64,000 bases of DNA from the NCBI GenBank assembly GCA_963715865.1, contig OY970280.1:1920001-1984000 (forward strand). Direction: 5' to 3'. This document shows, piece by piece, positions 19,811-29,743 of this stretch; the first letter of the stretch is position 1; every line of letters starts with the position of its first letter. Origin of the DNA: Candidatus Bathyarchaeota archaeon. Lineage in GTDB: Archaea > Thermoproteota > Bathyarchaeia > Bathyarchaeales > Bathycorpusculaceae. The position numbers were made by a program, and so were the translations under genes. The notes under the pieces are model-generated. The model was given only the letters and a program-made list of their open reading frames with translations. It did no database searches and was not told the DNA's origin.

Positions 19811-20335
19811 CTAAACTTTCTCAGTTCTAGCTAAATCTCTGAGCCTGTTGACCCCATCTATCTCATTAATGAAGTCAGCGACGCTTTTAGGAACAAGCTC
19901 TGTCCAACTGTCGCCTTTAAGCATTTTTTCTCTAACGATGGTTGACATGTAAAGTTTCCTATCAAACAACGGAATGCTTTTGACCGGATAACCTGCTTCC
20001 ATGAAAAGTCTTTGTGTCAACGGCTCATTAGAATAACAAACATTGAACTTTGGCGTGTAACCTTCAACCGCACTAACCCAAAGCATATGCAAATGGACAT
20101 CTGGAACGGGAACAATCCAAAGTCTGGAATAATCCACTTTGGCTTCTTGCAATGCACGGCGAATCATAACTAGTCTTTCGCCCGCTGTAAACGGGTTGTT
20201 GATGTTATGACTATACTGAGCGCTACCGATGACTATGACGAGTTCATCAACTTCTTTTAATACGGCCTTGATGGCGCCAAGGTGACCTAAATGGAAAGGC
20301 TGAAATCTGCCAACGTAAAAGCCCCGATTAACCAC
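19811..20335 (-). CDS. nadM: Nicotinamide-nucleotide adenylyltransferase
   Basis: YVGRFQPFHLGH, NPFTAGER motifs. Confidence 0.96.
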   Translation of the reverse strand: MVNRGFYVGRFQPFHLGHLGAIKAVLKEVDELVIVIGSAQYSHNINNPFTAGERLVMIRRALQEAKVDYSRLWIVPVPDVHLHMLWVSAVEGYTPKFNVCYSNEPLTQRLFMEAGYPVKSIPLFDRKLYMSTIVREKMLKGDSWTELVPKSVADFINEIDGVNRLRDLARTEKV

Positions 20336-20401
20336 AATACTTCCTCGCCTTTGAGGTTAAACTCGCATGCTTTTATGATTTGCGTTTAAAAAAAATGCAA
20401 G

Positions 20402-20986
20402 TTAAACCAAATTTCTTAGAACATATTCAACAGGGAAAACCTGAAGCAGACCACCATTTGCTTCTATTTCTTTTGAGGCTGAAAAACCTCTTTTCTCTCG
20501 ACGTAAAAGCGCATGTTTAACTTTTAAGCCTCCGCCGTAACCACCTAGCGTAAAATCGGATTTTACAACCCTGTGGCAGGGAACAATGGGTGCAAAAGGA
20601 TTTGCTGCCATAATGTTGCCAACAGCTCTTGGACCACCACCCACAGCCTTGGCGAGTGAACCGTAGGAAGCTACATAACCAAGTGGAATCTCCGCAGTTG
20701 CTTTAAGCACTTTTTGAGTATAAACTGGCAAACGAGTCAAGGCTAAAGGGAAGCTTACGTTAACGTTTTTTCCATCATAAATGTTCTTCAAAGAAGCAAG
20801 AATGTTTTTGGCGAAAGCTGAGGGCTCATGGAAAACCTGAAAGGGTACATTGAACGGTGTACTTCTTAAAATGTTATTTAATATTACTTGTTGGCTTGCA
20901 CCAAAGGATGATGCGACGATTTGATGTTGAGCGCAGGCAACGCTGAACCAAACACCATCAATGTTTTGACTATAAATTTCTATCAA
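20402..20986 (-). CDS. ogt: Methylated-DNA--protein-cysteine methyltransferase
   Basis: IPLGYVASYG, RAVG, IVPCHRVV active site. Confidence 0.95.
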   Translation of the reverse strand: MIEIYSQNIDGVWFSVACAQHQIVASSFGASQQVILNNILRSTPFNVPFQVFHEPSAFAKNILASLKNIYDGKNVNVSFPLALTRLPVYTQKVLKATAEIPLGYVASYGSLAKAVGGGPRAVGNIMAANPFAPIVPCHRVVKSDFTLGGYGGGLKVKHALLRREKRGFSASKEIEANGGLLQVFPVEYVLRNLV

Positions 20987-21033
20987 TTGCTTTCACTATG
21001 CAGTTATTTGCCATGTTAACAGCATGCGGTATG

Positions 21034-21204
21034 TTAAAAGTTTCTGCGGTATAAACTTGTTTTGCCTTTACATTCCATGCAAATAGCCACTATCTTAACA
21101 TTCTCCATGGGTTGCTGAAAATTCAGTAAACCCTTCCCAAGCACGGTTATGTAACCGACTGGTTTTCCACATTTCTGGCATCTTACAGGCTTAGACTCAC
21201 TCAT
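21034..21204 (-). CDS. Small zinc-ribbon protein
   Basis: MSESKPVRCQKCGK...ICMEC; ATG at 21204. Confidence 0.7.
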   Translation of the reverse strand: MSESKPVRCQKCGKPVGYITVLGKGLLNFQQPMENVKIVAICMECKGKTSLYRRNF

Positions 21205-21289
21205 GTTAAGTCGCCTCACCTAGTCTAGAATTGTTATAAGTAACCTTAATAGATTGTCTTGTGTATAACAACGGGAAAAGGCGAAAATT

Positions 21290-21952
21290 ATGGAAGGATA
21301 TGGACCACAATTACCGCAAATACCACAAGATCAATCACAGCAAGCCCAGCAAGGCGGCTACGCGTGGATTCCAGGCGCCACCACAGTTGGCGCTGTCTTC
21401 TCAGGCGGAGTAATTTTAGCCTCTGAAAAAAGAGTAACATACGGTTATTTTGTTATGAGTAAAGGCGGCAAAAAAGTATTCAAAATAACCGACCGAATCG
21501 GCGTTGCCTGCGCAGGACTTGTTGGAGACATGCAAATTCTCGCTAAAGAAATGGAAGCGCAAGGTAATCTTTTCAGCATGGACACTGGCAGAAAAATCAG
21601 CGTGCGCTCAGCAGCAAAACTTATGGCAAACATCCTCTTCAACCGTCGATATGCGCCATTAATTACTCAAACAATTGTTGGCGGCATGGATGAAGAAGGC
21701 CCATCGCTTTACGTTCTAGACGTTTTAGGCTCACTTATACCTGATAAATATGCGGTGGTCGGTTCAGGAACAGAAATAGCCATGGGTGTTTTAGAAGAAG
21801 GCTACAAAGAAAGCATGAACACAAAAGAAGCGAAAGAACTCGTAATGCGATCTATAAAGTCAGCAATAAGCAGAGATTCAATGAGCGGCGACGGCATAGA
21901 CTTCCTTATTATAACTAAGGAAGGCATAACTGAAGAATCCGTAAAGTTTTAA
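21290..21952 (+). CDS. psmB: Proteasome subunit beta
   Basis: Propeptide, then GATTVG, ASEKR, GSG, SRDSMSGDG. The processing site reads GA/TT rather than the usual G/TT. Confidence 0.96.
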   Translation: MEGYGPQLPQIPQDQSQQAQQGGYAWIPGATTVGAVFSGGVILASEKRVTYGYFVMSKGGKKVFKITDRIGVACAGLVGDMQILAKEMEAQGNLFSMDTGRKISVRSAAKLMANILFNRRYAPLITQTIVGGMDEEGPSLYVLDVLGSLIPDKYAVVGSGTEIAMGVLEEGYKESMNTKEAKELVMRSIKSAISRDSMSGDGIDFLIITKEGITEESVKF

Positions 21953-22031
21953 ACAATTTTTCTTCAAAATTTATCTTCACATTAAAGAGATTCAGCAGCG
22001 CATATCCGCATGTAGCTAAGAAGGAAGCGTT

Positions 22032-22655
22032 ATGTCGTTTGAACTAAGCCTAGAAGAAGGAAAATTCTTAATTCAACTTGCCCGAAGCGCAGTAAAAGAA
22101 CACCTAGAAAAAGGGAAAGCCATTCAACCTCCAAAAGAAACTCCCAAGAAACTTTTTGAACAATGTGGCGTTTTCGTAACAATAAACAGCGTAAGGAACT
22201 GCGAGAAGGAGCTTCGCGGCTGCATAGGTTACCCTTACCCAACAAGTCAGCTTGTGGAGGCAGTGATTGATTCAGCCATTAATGCTGCAACGCAAGACCC
22301 ACGGTTTTATCCCTTATCCTTAGATGAGTTGAGCAAAGTTGTTTTTGAAGTAAGCGTGCTAACGCCTCCAGAACCTGTGGAAGTTAAAAATCCAAAAGAG
22401 TACTTGAGTAAAATTAAGGTTGGCGAAGACGGCTTAATTGTTGAAAAAGGCTACTATAGGGGTTTGCTTTTGCCACAGGTGCCTGTTGAATGGGGATGGT
22501 GCGAAGAAGAATTTCTTTGCCAATGCTGCATCAAAGCAGGGGTTCCCCCGGACAGTTGGCTAACGAAAGGCACTAAAATATACAAGTTTAAAGCTATAAT
22601 TTTTGAGGAAGAAACGCCAATGGGCGAAGTTAAACGTCTACACCTTAGCAAATAA
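22032..22655 (+). CDS. AMMECR1 domain protein (TIGR00296-like)
   Basis: GVFVT...LRGCIG, DPRF, EVSVLT, GLLLPQV. Confidence 0.95.
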   Translation: MSFELSLEEGKFLIQLARSAVKEHLEKGKAIQPPKETPKKLFEQCGVFVTINSVRNCEKELRGCIGYPYPTSQLVEAVIDSAINAATQDPRFYPLSLDELSKVVFEVSVLTPPEPVEVKNPKEYLSKIKVGEDGLIVEKGYYRGLLLPQVPVEWGWCEEEFLCQCCIKAGVPPDSWLTKGTKIYKFKAIIFEEETPMGEVKRLHLSK

Positions 22656-22664
22656 CAATTGGCG

Positions 22665-23804
22665 TTAATCTAGTAGGGTTTCAATGATTGTAACTGCCCT
22701 GTCTAAACCTTTAAACTTGTTAGAAAACTCATTCAGGGCCAACATGTTTCTGTCGAAGGATTCTTTTTCCTTTTCCATTTTTTCAACAGCTTTTTCAAGC
22801 CCGCTTTTGTTTTTAACAGTTATTGAGCAGTTTAAGTCTTGAAGTTTAGCAGCGTTTCCCAACTGTTCAGGCTGTGTAGGAATGCAGATGCTTGGTTTTG
22901 CGTATTTGATGGTTTCAAAGCATGTTATGTGACCACCGCTAAAGATTACGAATTTAGCGTTTTTCATACATTCCTGCCTCTCTTCGGCAGAGAGCCATGT
23001 GTGAAGCTCACAATTGCCAATTTTTGCTGTGGCTTTTTTTCCAGGCGTTCCTAAGCTAACGATACATTTAGTTTTCAGTTTTTCAAGAACTGGAAAAAGG
23101 GTTTTCATTAGTTTTGCTTTTGTTCCCGATGGTCCGCTTACTGGGGCAAAAATATGTTCTTGTGATCCTTTAACGTATGTTGTGTCAACGAAGCTTCCAA
23201 TAAACTCAACTTTTCCGTTTAATCCTATTTTATCCAAGTTTCCAATGCTGTACTCTGAAATTGTGTACGGCGGCGGATTGTCTGGAATTATTATTTTTGA
23301 GCAGTGCTTTACATACCGTTCAACCAATCTTTCGCCTGGATTTAGAAAAGCAGAGAAACCGTAGCTTGGCCTTATCATGTTAGCTATGTAAACTGAGGGA
23401 ATTCTCCATCTATGAGCAAGTCGAAGCGCGTTTATGTCACCATCGGCGATAAGAATGTCCGGCGCAATATCGCGAATGTTTTCTCTAAGGTCATAGTAAC
23501 GATGTATAGTTTCCATCGCATTAGAATTTTTTATTTCCAGCCTATTTTTTTCCATGTTAAACAATGGAAGAGGAAATAAAACGTTGATTAGTGAGGCAGA
23601 AGTGATTATGCCGTAAGCGTTCTCATACCAGGATACTGGCGTGCATTTGTAAACATTTCTAAATTCCTTTTGGAGCATCTGGTAAGCTTTGCCGCCTGAG
23701 AAAAAGAACAGTTCATGACCATTTTTCTCAAGCCTCTTTCCTAATGGTATGATGCGGGAAACATGGCCTAAGCCAAGTTCTGAACAGCTTAATAGCAGTC
23801 TCAT
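22665..23804 (-). CDS. GT-B glycosyltransferase (MurG/GT28-like)
   Basis: GLGHVSR N-terminal motif; GGHITCFE...PTQPEQLGNA C-terminal motif. Confidence 0.85.
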   Translation of the reverse strand: MRLLLSCSELGLGHVSRIIPLGKRLEKNGHELFFFSGGKAYQMLQKEFRNVYKCTPVSWYENAYGIITSASLINVLFPLPLFNMEKNRLEIKNSNAMETIHRYYDLRENIRDIAPDILIADGDINALRLAHRWRIPSVYIANMIRPSYGFSAFLNPGERLVERYVKHCSKIIIPDNPPPYTISEYSIGNLDKIGLNGKVEFIGSFVDTTYVKGSQEHIFAPVSGPSGTKAKLMKTLFPVLEKLKTKCIVSLGTPGKKATAKIGNCELHTWLSAEERQECMKNAKFVIFSGGHITCFETIKYAKPSICIPTQPEQLGNAAKLQDLNCSITVKNKSGLEKAVEKMEKEKESFDRNMLALNEFSNKFKGLDRAVTIIETLLD

Positions 23805-23896
23805 ATGCTTACAGATAAGTTGGTGATTTATTTTAACTATCTCTTATTGGGCTGAAAAAAGCAAGCAATTTAAAGCTTAGTTGATAAATTATAGTT

Positions 23897-24754
23897 ATGT
23901 TTGTTCCTCGAAAAATTCTGGAAGAAAAGCTCAGGCAAATACTTGCTGAGGACATAGGGCAAGGTGATGTAACAGCCCAAGCAATTATTCCTCCAAATTT
24001 AAACGTAAAGGCAATAGTTATAACTAAAGAGGAAGGCATAGCTGCTGGAATTGAAGAAACAATCATTCTTGCTGAATATTTAGGATTAAAAGTTAAAGCT
24101 AAAGTTGCTGATGGAGAAAAAATCAAAAATAAGCAAGTATTAATGGAAATCTCAGGAGATGCCCAAACCATTCTCTCGGCTGAGAGAACAATGCTAAATC
24201 TTCTTTCACGAATGAGCGGCATCGCAACCATCACGCGAACGTTAACAGAGAAATTAAGAAAAGCAAACGTGCCAACAGCAATTGCGGCAACACGCAAAAC
24301 AGCGCCAGGACTGCTTTACTTTGACAAAAAAGCAGTCACCATAGGGAGCGGAGACCCACATAGGCTTCATTTGGATGATATGATTTTGATTAAAGACAAT
24401 CATATTGCAATAGTTGGAAGCCCTGAAGAAGCAGTTAAAAAAGCAAAAGCAAACGCTTCTTTCACCAAAAAAATCGAGGTTGAAGTTACAAAAGCCTCAG
24501 ATGTCTTGAAAGTTGCACAGGCAGGAGCAGACGTGATAATGCTTGATAACTTCTCAATCGAGCAGGTTAAAGATGCTGTAGGTTTGCTGAAGAAGGCGGG
24601 CTTTTTAGGCAAAGTAATTTTGGAGGCAAGCGGTGGAATCACAGCTAAAAACATAATGGATTATGCAATGGCAAAAGTCGATATCATCAGTATGGGAGAA
24701 ATAACTCATAGTGTCAAAGCGATAGATATTAGTTTAGAAATTGAGAAAAGTTGA
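23897..24754 (+). CDS. nadC: Nicotinate-nucleotide diphosphorylase (carboxylating)
   Basis: EDIGQGDVT, AERTMLN, TRKTAPG, HRLHLDD.ILIKDNH, MLDN, EASGGI. Confidence 0.97.
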   Translation: MFVPRKILEEKLRQILAEDIGQGDVTAQAIIPPNLNVKAIVITKEEGIAAGIEETIILAEYLGLKVKAKVADGEKIKNKQVLMEISGDAQTILSAERTMLNLLSRMSGIATITRTLTEKLRKANVPTAIAATRKTAPGLLYFDKKAVTIGSGDPHRLHLDDMILIKDNHIAIVGSPEEAVKKAKANASFTKKIEVEVTKASDVLKVAQAGADVIMLDNFSIEQVKDAVGLLKKAGFLGKVILEASGGITAKNIMDYAMAKVDIISMGEITHSVKAIDISLEIEKS

Positions 24755-24757
24755 AAT

Positions 24758-25309
24758 TTAGCCTCCGATAGAGATCAGCCACGTTTCAACGATAGCTCCA
24801 ACCACAAGCAAAAGTGCACAAATCCCAATTAAAATGCCTGTGTTTTTAAGCTCTCGCCATCGCCTTTGCAGCAGTCTACGGAACAGCCAGATGCTTTCAG
24901 TAATGCCGATTGAGTAAGATGTAAATTCTAACCAAAATACGGGTGTAATAACCAGAAGTGCAAAACCTAAGAGCGGAGAGTATCCTTGTACGCTGGCAAT
25001 AGCACCCATCGCCATGCCAGTATCAAAAAGTATTAAGAAGCCCAGCATTGGTCCAATGACGGGAACGAACATTAGCAAGCAGATATAGAAGTTGTTTAAG
25101 AAAATATATTCAGGTAATGTGCCATTAGCTTGGTTTGTGGTGAGTGTTTGATTTACGCCATCACTTATTTGCTTCGCGTCTTGAGCGCTAAGCGGCACCA
25201 AAGATCCAATGATAGTTAATAAGACCGCGATCACGAAAATTATTATCGTAGAATAGATTCTCTTGCGTTTTGATGACGCCTTCTTCCAAAAAGACAAATC
25301 AAGCTTCAT
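24758..25309 (-). CDS. Stage II sporulation protein M-like membrane protein
   Basis: IFLNN, PVFWLEF, LLVVGAIVE motifs; multiple TM helices. Confidence 0.82.
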   Translation of the reverse strand: MKLDLSFWKKASSKRKRIYSTIIIFVIAVLLTIIGSLVPLSAQDAKQISDGVNQTLTTNQANGTLPEYIFLNNFYICLLMFVPVIGPMLGFLILFDTGMAMGAIASVQGYSPLLGFALLVITPVFWLEFTSYSIGITESIWLFRRLLQRRWRELKNTGILIGICALLLVVGAIVETWLISIGG

Positions 25310-25325
25310 GACATGAACCTTCTTT

Positions 25326-26018
25326 TTAGCGTATGGGCTTAATTTTTAAGGCACGAAATCCTCGTGCACAAGGGTTTAACGTTTCAGACAATTTAACCTT
25401 TGTTAAAGTTCCTTCAACGTCAACAGCATAACCACGTACGTCATGCTCAGCAGCTATGAGTGAACTAAGATACACGCGGTCTTCTTGTATTGTTGGCTGG
25501 CACAATAAAGGTAAACCCAACAAAACAGGCTCTTTTTCATCCACCGCTTTTTTGCAATCATAAAGAATCGCTTCTGCACCAGCCGTTAACTCAGCAATCC
25601 GCACAGGAACACTCTCTTTACCAATAGCCAACGTGTCCACGTCATAGAGCCGTTTGATTTCGCCAGCAATTTTCCTAAGCCTGGGCAAAATCTTGAGAAT
25701 GTTTTGCCTTCCCGTTCTTGACGCACGCAAGTTTAAAAGCTCAACCGGCGATAACTCCTCAATTGAGACACCGCCAAGCGACATATCCAAATGCACAACA
25801 TCAGCCTTCATTTTATCAAGCAAACTTCTGCAAAGCTCAGCCTCATGCACTATCACCTCAAACCCGTTTTCAACTTCCCTAAAAATCGGTTCAGCCAACC
25901 GAAAAGATGGCTCCCTATACGGTGGATTAACCAGCACCGAAACAGAAGCAACAAGGTACAGTGGCTTAAACTGTGGGTCCAGTATTGCTGCTGCAGAATC
26001 CGCCGATATAACTCTCAA
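25326..26018 (-). CDS. DUF4152 family protein
   Basis: RVISADSAAAILD...EAEL...DVVHLDMSLGG...IGKES.PVRIAEL. Confidence 0.8.
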   Translation of the reverse strand: MRVISADSAAAILDPQFKPLYLVASVSVLVNPPYREPSFRLAEPIFREVENGFEVIVHEAELCRSLLDKMKADVVHLDMSLGGVSIEELSPVELLNLRASRTGRQNILKILPRLRKIAGEIKRLYDVDTLAIGKESVPVRIAELTAGAEAILYDCKKAVDEKEPVLLGLPLLCQPTIQEDRVYLSSLIAAEHDVRGYAVDVEGTLTKVKLSETLNPCARGFRALKIKPIR

Positions 26019-26057
26019 GTCTTACACCTAACAATAATAGTAGCTAAGCAGAAGAAA

Positions 26058-26699
26058 TTAGCTTTCCTCTTCACATTTACCCTTCGATTTCAAGCCTAAA
26101 GCCAAAAGGTACATTTCAGAACTTTTAGCTCGGCTGGCCTGAGGCTTCACAATCTTAACTGTTTCAAAAAGATTCTTTACTGTTTGAATAAAATCGTTGA
26201 GCAAGTCACCTTCAAAAACCTTAACAAAAAAGTTCCCTGAGGGTCTCAGTAGGCATTGGGCTATTTCTAATGCTTTGGTCGCTAAGTCGATTTGTCTTGC
26301 ATGGTCAACTTCCCATACCCCAGTAATGTTCGGTGCAGCATCAGAAATTACCACATCCGCTTCGCGAGGTAAGAAAGAGCGTATTTCCTCTACTATTCCC
26401 GGCTCAGTTAAGTCTGCAACTATTGTCCTAACGTATTCCTGAGTGAAAGGGTCGATTGGTTTCAAGTCGACGCCTAGAACAAAACCGTTTTTTCCAGTCA
26501 TTTTCCTTGCTGCTTGAATCCAGCCGCCTGGCGCAGCACCTAAATCGACTACTATGTCGTTTCTTTGTATGAAACCATATTTCTCGTTGGCTTGAACTAG
26601 CTTGTATGTGGCTCTGGAGCGGTAGTTTTCTTCTTTGGCTTTTTTATAGTAGTATTCGCGTTTTCTATCTTGGATCCAAGCTTTCGGCAACTGAACCAT
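26058..26699 (-). CDS. rlmE: 23S rRNA (uridine-2552-2'-O) methyltransferase
   Basis: YRSRATYKL, DLGAAPGGW, SDAAPN, KP.ASR..SSEMY. Confidence 0.96.
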   Translation of the reverse strand: MVQLPKAWIQDRKREYYYKKAKEENYRSRATYKLVQANEKYGFIQRNDIVVDLGAAPGGWIQAARKMTGKNGFVLGVDLKPIDPFTQEYVRTIVADLTEPGIVEEIRSFLPREADVVISDAAPNITGVWEVDHARQIDLATKALEIAQCLLRPSGNFFVKVFEGDLLNDFIQTVKNLFETVKIVKPQASRAKSSEMYLLALGLKSKGKCEEES

Positions 26700-27096
26700 C
26701 CTCTTGTGTGCTGGGTGCGCTCGGACCTTCAGGAATAGCGGTAGCCTCTTTTCCTAAACCTAAAACCCAATCAGTTAATTTTGGGCAGGTTTTAGGGGAA
26801 AGTGCGGTTGTTGGGTCACACCTTGCGTTGTCTGGACAGAGCAAGCATGGGCAGTCAACGATGGTTTCTATTGATGCTGGAAGCCTTTTTGGGTAAAGCC
26901 GATAGGTCCATCTGCCTTCTTGCAGTTCTTTTTCTCGGCGGATTAACCCTTTTTCTTCTAGTTTAATGGAGACGCGTGAGCCTTCTCGGCTGCTTGCGCC
27001 TAGTTCTCGCCATAAGTCTGATTGAAGCACGCCTTGATAACCTGTGTTTACCACATAATGGAGTGCTTTCTGTTCAAGGTCATTACGTTTAGGCAT
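26665..27096 (-). CDS. tfeB: Transcription factor E beta subunit (RPC34/C39-like wHTH plus 4Fe-4S)
   Basis: wHTH (QSDLWRELG...GRWTYRL) followed by PCLLC-x5-C-x9-C-PKLTDW, the TFE-beta Fe-S cluster pattern. Confidence 0.85.
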   Translation of the reverse strand: MPKRNDLEQKALHYVVNTGYQGVLQSDLWRELGASSREGSRVSIKLEEKGLIRREKELQEGRWTYRLYPKRLPASIETIVDCPCLLCPDNARCDPTTALSPKTCPKLTDWVLGLGKEATAIPEGPSAPSTQEDGSVAESLDPR

Positions 27097-27134
27097 CTAA
27101 TATCAATCCAGATAATGCAATTAGAATATAAGCG

Positions 27135-28214
27135 TTGAATTCACATAAAAATATGTATCCCTTAAAAAACTTGGAATCCATGGAAAACATGCCGAAAAAG
27201 CAGCGAAATGAGGAAATTTACTGTTTAGGCATAGAATCTACAGCGGATGATTTCGGTGTTGGAATAGCCGCCTTTAACGGAGAAATACTCGCCAATAAAT
27301 CCGACAGTTACATACCAGCGGAAGGCGGAATCCACCCCAGAGAAGCAGCAAGGCATCATGCTGAAGTGGCTGATAAAGTCCTAAACGATGCCTTAAGTGC
27401 AGCTGGTGTAAAACCAAGTGACCTGGCGGTTATCGCTTTTTCTCAAGGTCCAGGTTTAGGACCATGTTTGCGCACGGGAGCTACTGTTGCCCGAGCTTTA
27501 GCTTCGTATCTTAACATTCCCCTTGTGGGTGTTAACCATTCCGTGGCGCACATTGAGATTGGGAAACTTAAAACTGGCGTTGTTGACCCTGTGACCCTTT
27601 ACGCTTCAGGAGGCAACACTATGGTGACGGCTTTTGAGTCTGGGCGCTACAGAGTTTTCGGTGAAACCTTGGATATTGCGCTTGGGAATTGTTTGGATGT
27701 TTTTGCTCGGGAAGCTGGTCTTAAGCATCGGAAGGGTTTGCCGCTTGGGGCTGCCGTGGAGCGGCTGGCGTCTGATGGGAAAAGGCTGGTTTCTTTGCCG
27801 TATGTTGTGAAGGGCATGGACTTATCCCTTAGCGGTTTATTGACTGCGGCAACGGCTCTGCTACACAGGGGCGACTGTTGCTTGGAGGATTTGTGTTATA
27901 GTCTTCAGGAGAACGCTTTTTCAATGGTGACTGAAGTTACTGAGCGGGCGTTGGCGCATACTGAGAAGGAGGAGGTTTTGTTAACTGGCGGGGTAGCAGC
28001 CAATAAACGGTTGCAATCCATGCTTGCTGTTATCGCGGAGGAGCATGATGCGCGGTTTAGTGTGGTTCCGCTTGAGTTTGCAACTGACAACGGCGCCATG
28101 ATTGCTTGGACTGGCGTTTTAGCTTACAGGCACGGATTGGTTACGCCTTTGGACGAGAGTTTTGTTAAGTTGCGGTGGCGAGTGGATAAGGTGGATGTGC
28201 CATGGATACAGTAG
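27135..28214 (+). CDS. kae1: KEOPS tRNA threonylcarbamoyltransferase Kae1
   Basis: LGIESTA, GGIHPREAARHH, GPGLGPCL, VNHSVAHIE, DNGAMIA; start possibly a downstream ATG. Confidence 0.97.
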   Translation: MNSHKNMYPLKNLESMENMPKKQRNEEIYCLGIESTADDFGVGIAAFNGEILANKSDSYIPAEGGIHPREAARHHAEVADKVLNDALSAAGVKPSDLAVIAFSQGPGLGPCLRTGATVARALASYLNIPLVGVNHSVAHIEIGKLKTGVVDPVTLYASGGNTMVTAFESGRYRVFGETLDIALGNCLDVFAREAGLKHRKGLPLGAAVERLASDGKRLVSLPYVVKGMDLSLSGLLTAATALLHRGDCCLEDLCYSLQENAFSMVTEVTERALAHTEKEEVLLTGGVAANKRLQSMLAVIAEEHDARFSVVPLEFATDNGAMIAWTGVLAYRHGLVTPLDESFVKLRWRVDKVDVPWIQ

Positions 28215-28861
28215 CCGAGCAAACGCTGCTTAAGAAAGGCGCGGAAGCCAGCCTCTACCTTGCCGATTGGCATGGAAGAAAAGTAGTCGTCAAGGTGCGA
28301 ATCCCTAAAAAGTACCGTCCAGCAGCGTTGGATGAGCAGATTCGAAGTTACCGAACAGTGCATGAACCGCAGTTGATGCATGAAGCGAAAGCGGCTGGCG
28401 TGCCGACTCCGCTGATATACATGGTTAATGTTCCAGAAGCTTCGATTACGATGGAGTATGTTGAAGGGCAGCAGATTAAGCAGCTACTGAACAGGGTTCC
28501 GCAGGACAAACGAAGAGAATTGTGCGTTAAAATCGGTGAATTAATCGGAAAACTGCACAGACAAGGCTTAATCCACGGCGACCTTACAACCTCAAACATG
28601 ATCCTTAGCCCAGAAGGCAAAATTTACTTTGTTGACTTCGGCTTGGGCGAAAAAAATATCGAGTTAGAGGCGCAGGGTGTGGATTTGCATTTGATGAAGC
28701 GGGCGCTGCAGAGTACGCATTACCAGTTCTGGGAAGAATGCTTCAAAAACGTGTTGTATGGTTACTCGTTGGTTTTAGGTGTCGAGGCAGTGGAAAAGGT
28801 TTATGAGAAAATCAGGGAGATAGAGAGGCGTGGCCGCTATGTCGAGGAAAGAAAACAATAA
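28202..28861 (+). CDS. bud32: KEOPS kinase Bud32
   Basis: KGAEA, IHGDLTTSN, DFGL, C-terminal RGRY. Confidence 0.97.
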   Translation: MDTVAEQTLLKKGAEASLYLADWHGRKVVVKVRIPKKYRPAALDEQIRSYRTVHEPQLMHEAKAAGVPTPLIYMVNVPEASITMEYVEGQQIKQLLNRVPQDKRRELCVKIGELIGKLHRQGLIHGDLTTSNMILSPEGKIYFVDFGLGEKNIELEAQGVDLHLMKRALQSTHYQFWEECFKNVLYGYSLVLGVEAVEKVYEKIREIERRGRYVEERKQ

Positions 28862-29465
28862 CCAAACCTGCAGTCTCAATGGCAAGGTTGTCTTTTTTGC
28901 CACGGGCAACGTTAACAAGTTTAACGAAGCACGAAGCATTCTTAGCCCTTACGGCATTGCGGTCGGAATGCTACGCGTAAAAGGCGACGAGATACAAAGC
29001 GACAGCCTCAAAGAAATAGCCCAACAAAGCGCCATAAACGCGTATAAGCGAAGCCGACTGCCCATTTTTGTGGAAGATGCAGGTTTATTTATCGATGCCC
29101 TAAGCGGTTTTCCTGGTCCTTATGCGGCTTACGCGTATAAAACGATTCATAACAGCGGCATTCTGAAGCTAATGGAAAACGTGAAAGATAGGCGAGCGAA
29201 ATTCCAGTCAGTCATAGCTTACAGCGACGAAACCCTCTGCGAACCAGAATGCTTCGACGGCGAATCCAATGGCGAAATAACCTTAACTGAACGCAGGCAG
29301 AAGGGAAAATCAGCTTTTGGCTTTGACCCGATTTTTCAGCCACTTGGGAGCAGTAAGTCGTTTGCGGAAATGACTATTGAGGAGAAGAATGGTTTTTCTC
29401 ATAGGGCGATGGCTATACGGAAATTCGCTGAATGGTACAAACAAAGCTTATTCGCAAAAAAGTGA
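28830..29465 (+). CDS. rdgB: Non-canonical purine NTP pyrophosphatase (RdgB/HAM1)
   Basis: FATGNVNKFNE, VEDAGL, GFPGPY, FGFDPIF, SHRAMA. Confidence 0.96.
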   Translation: MAAMSRKENNNQTCSLNGKVVFFATGNVNKFNEARSILSPYGIAVGMLRVKGDEIQSDSLKEIAQQSAINAYKRSRLPIFVEDAGLFIDALSGFPGPYAAYAYKTIHNSGILKLMENVKDRRAKFQSVIAYSDETLCEPECFDGESNGEITLTERRQKGKSAFGFDPIFQPLGSSKSFAEMTIEEKNGFSHRAMAIRKFAEWYKQSLFAKK

Positions 29466-29495
29466 TTTATAGACCATAATCCTAATACTAACCTT

Positions 29496-29639
29496 ATGAA
29501 AGAGCTGACCTTCTACATTACTGATGCTGAAAAAATAAACAAAAAATACGGTGAAGATTATGTTTGCCGTGAAATTAATTCAATCTCCAACTCAATGCAG
29601 AAATGTCTCTCAGAAGTGGAGCAAATTTTAGTATTATAA
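29496..29639 (+). CDS. Small ORF of unknown function (47 aa) at the island edge
   Basis: Manual: MKELTFYITDAEKINKKYGEDYVCREINSISNSMQKCLSEVEQILVL*; no recognised motif. Confidence 0.25.
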   Translation: MKELTFYITDAEKINKKYGEDYVCREINSISNSMQKCLSEVEQILVL

Positions 29640-29704
29640 TAACTTCCCGTTTTAAGTTGTATTAATCAATTGTTTAAACTTTCAAAAATTGCGCCCGATA
29701 TTAG

Positions 29705-29741
29705 TTTCGCTATCAGCGAAATTATTTAAAGCGGAGCGAAA
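29705..29741 (+). repeat. Left 37-bp inverted repeat (palindrome + TATA-like + half-site) at the 3' end of the AbiEi-like gene
   Basis: TTTCGCTATCAGCGAAATTATTTAAAGCGGAGCGAAA; 29/37 ungapped matches to the reverse complement of 30435..30471. Confidence 0.85.
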
Positions 29742-29743
29742 GT

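Noticed and set aside
26665-27096. Treating the wHTH-Fe-S gene as a novel regulator or RNA polymerase III evidence
   Set aside because: It fits the already characterised TFE-beta family.
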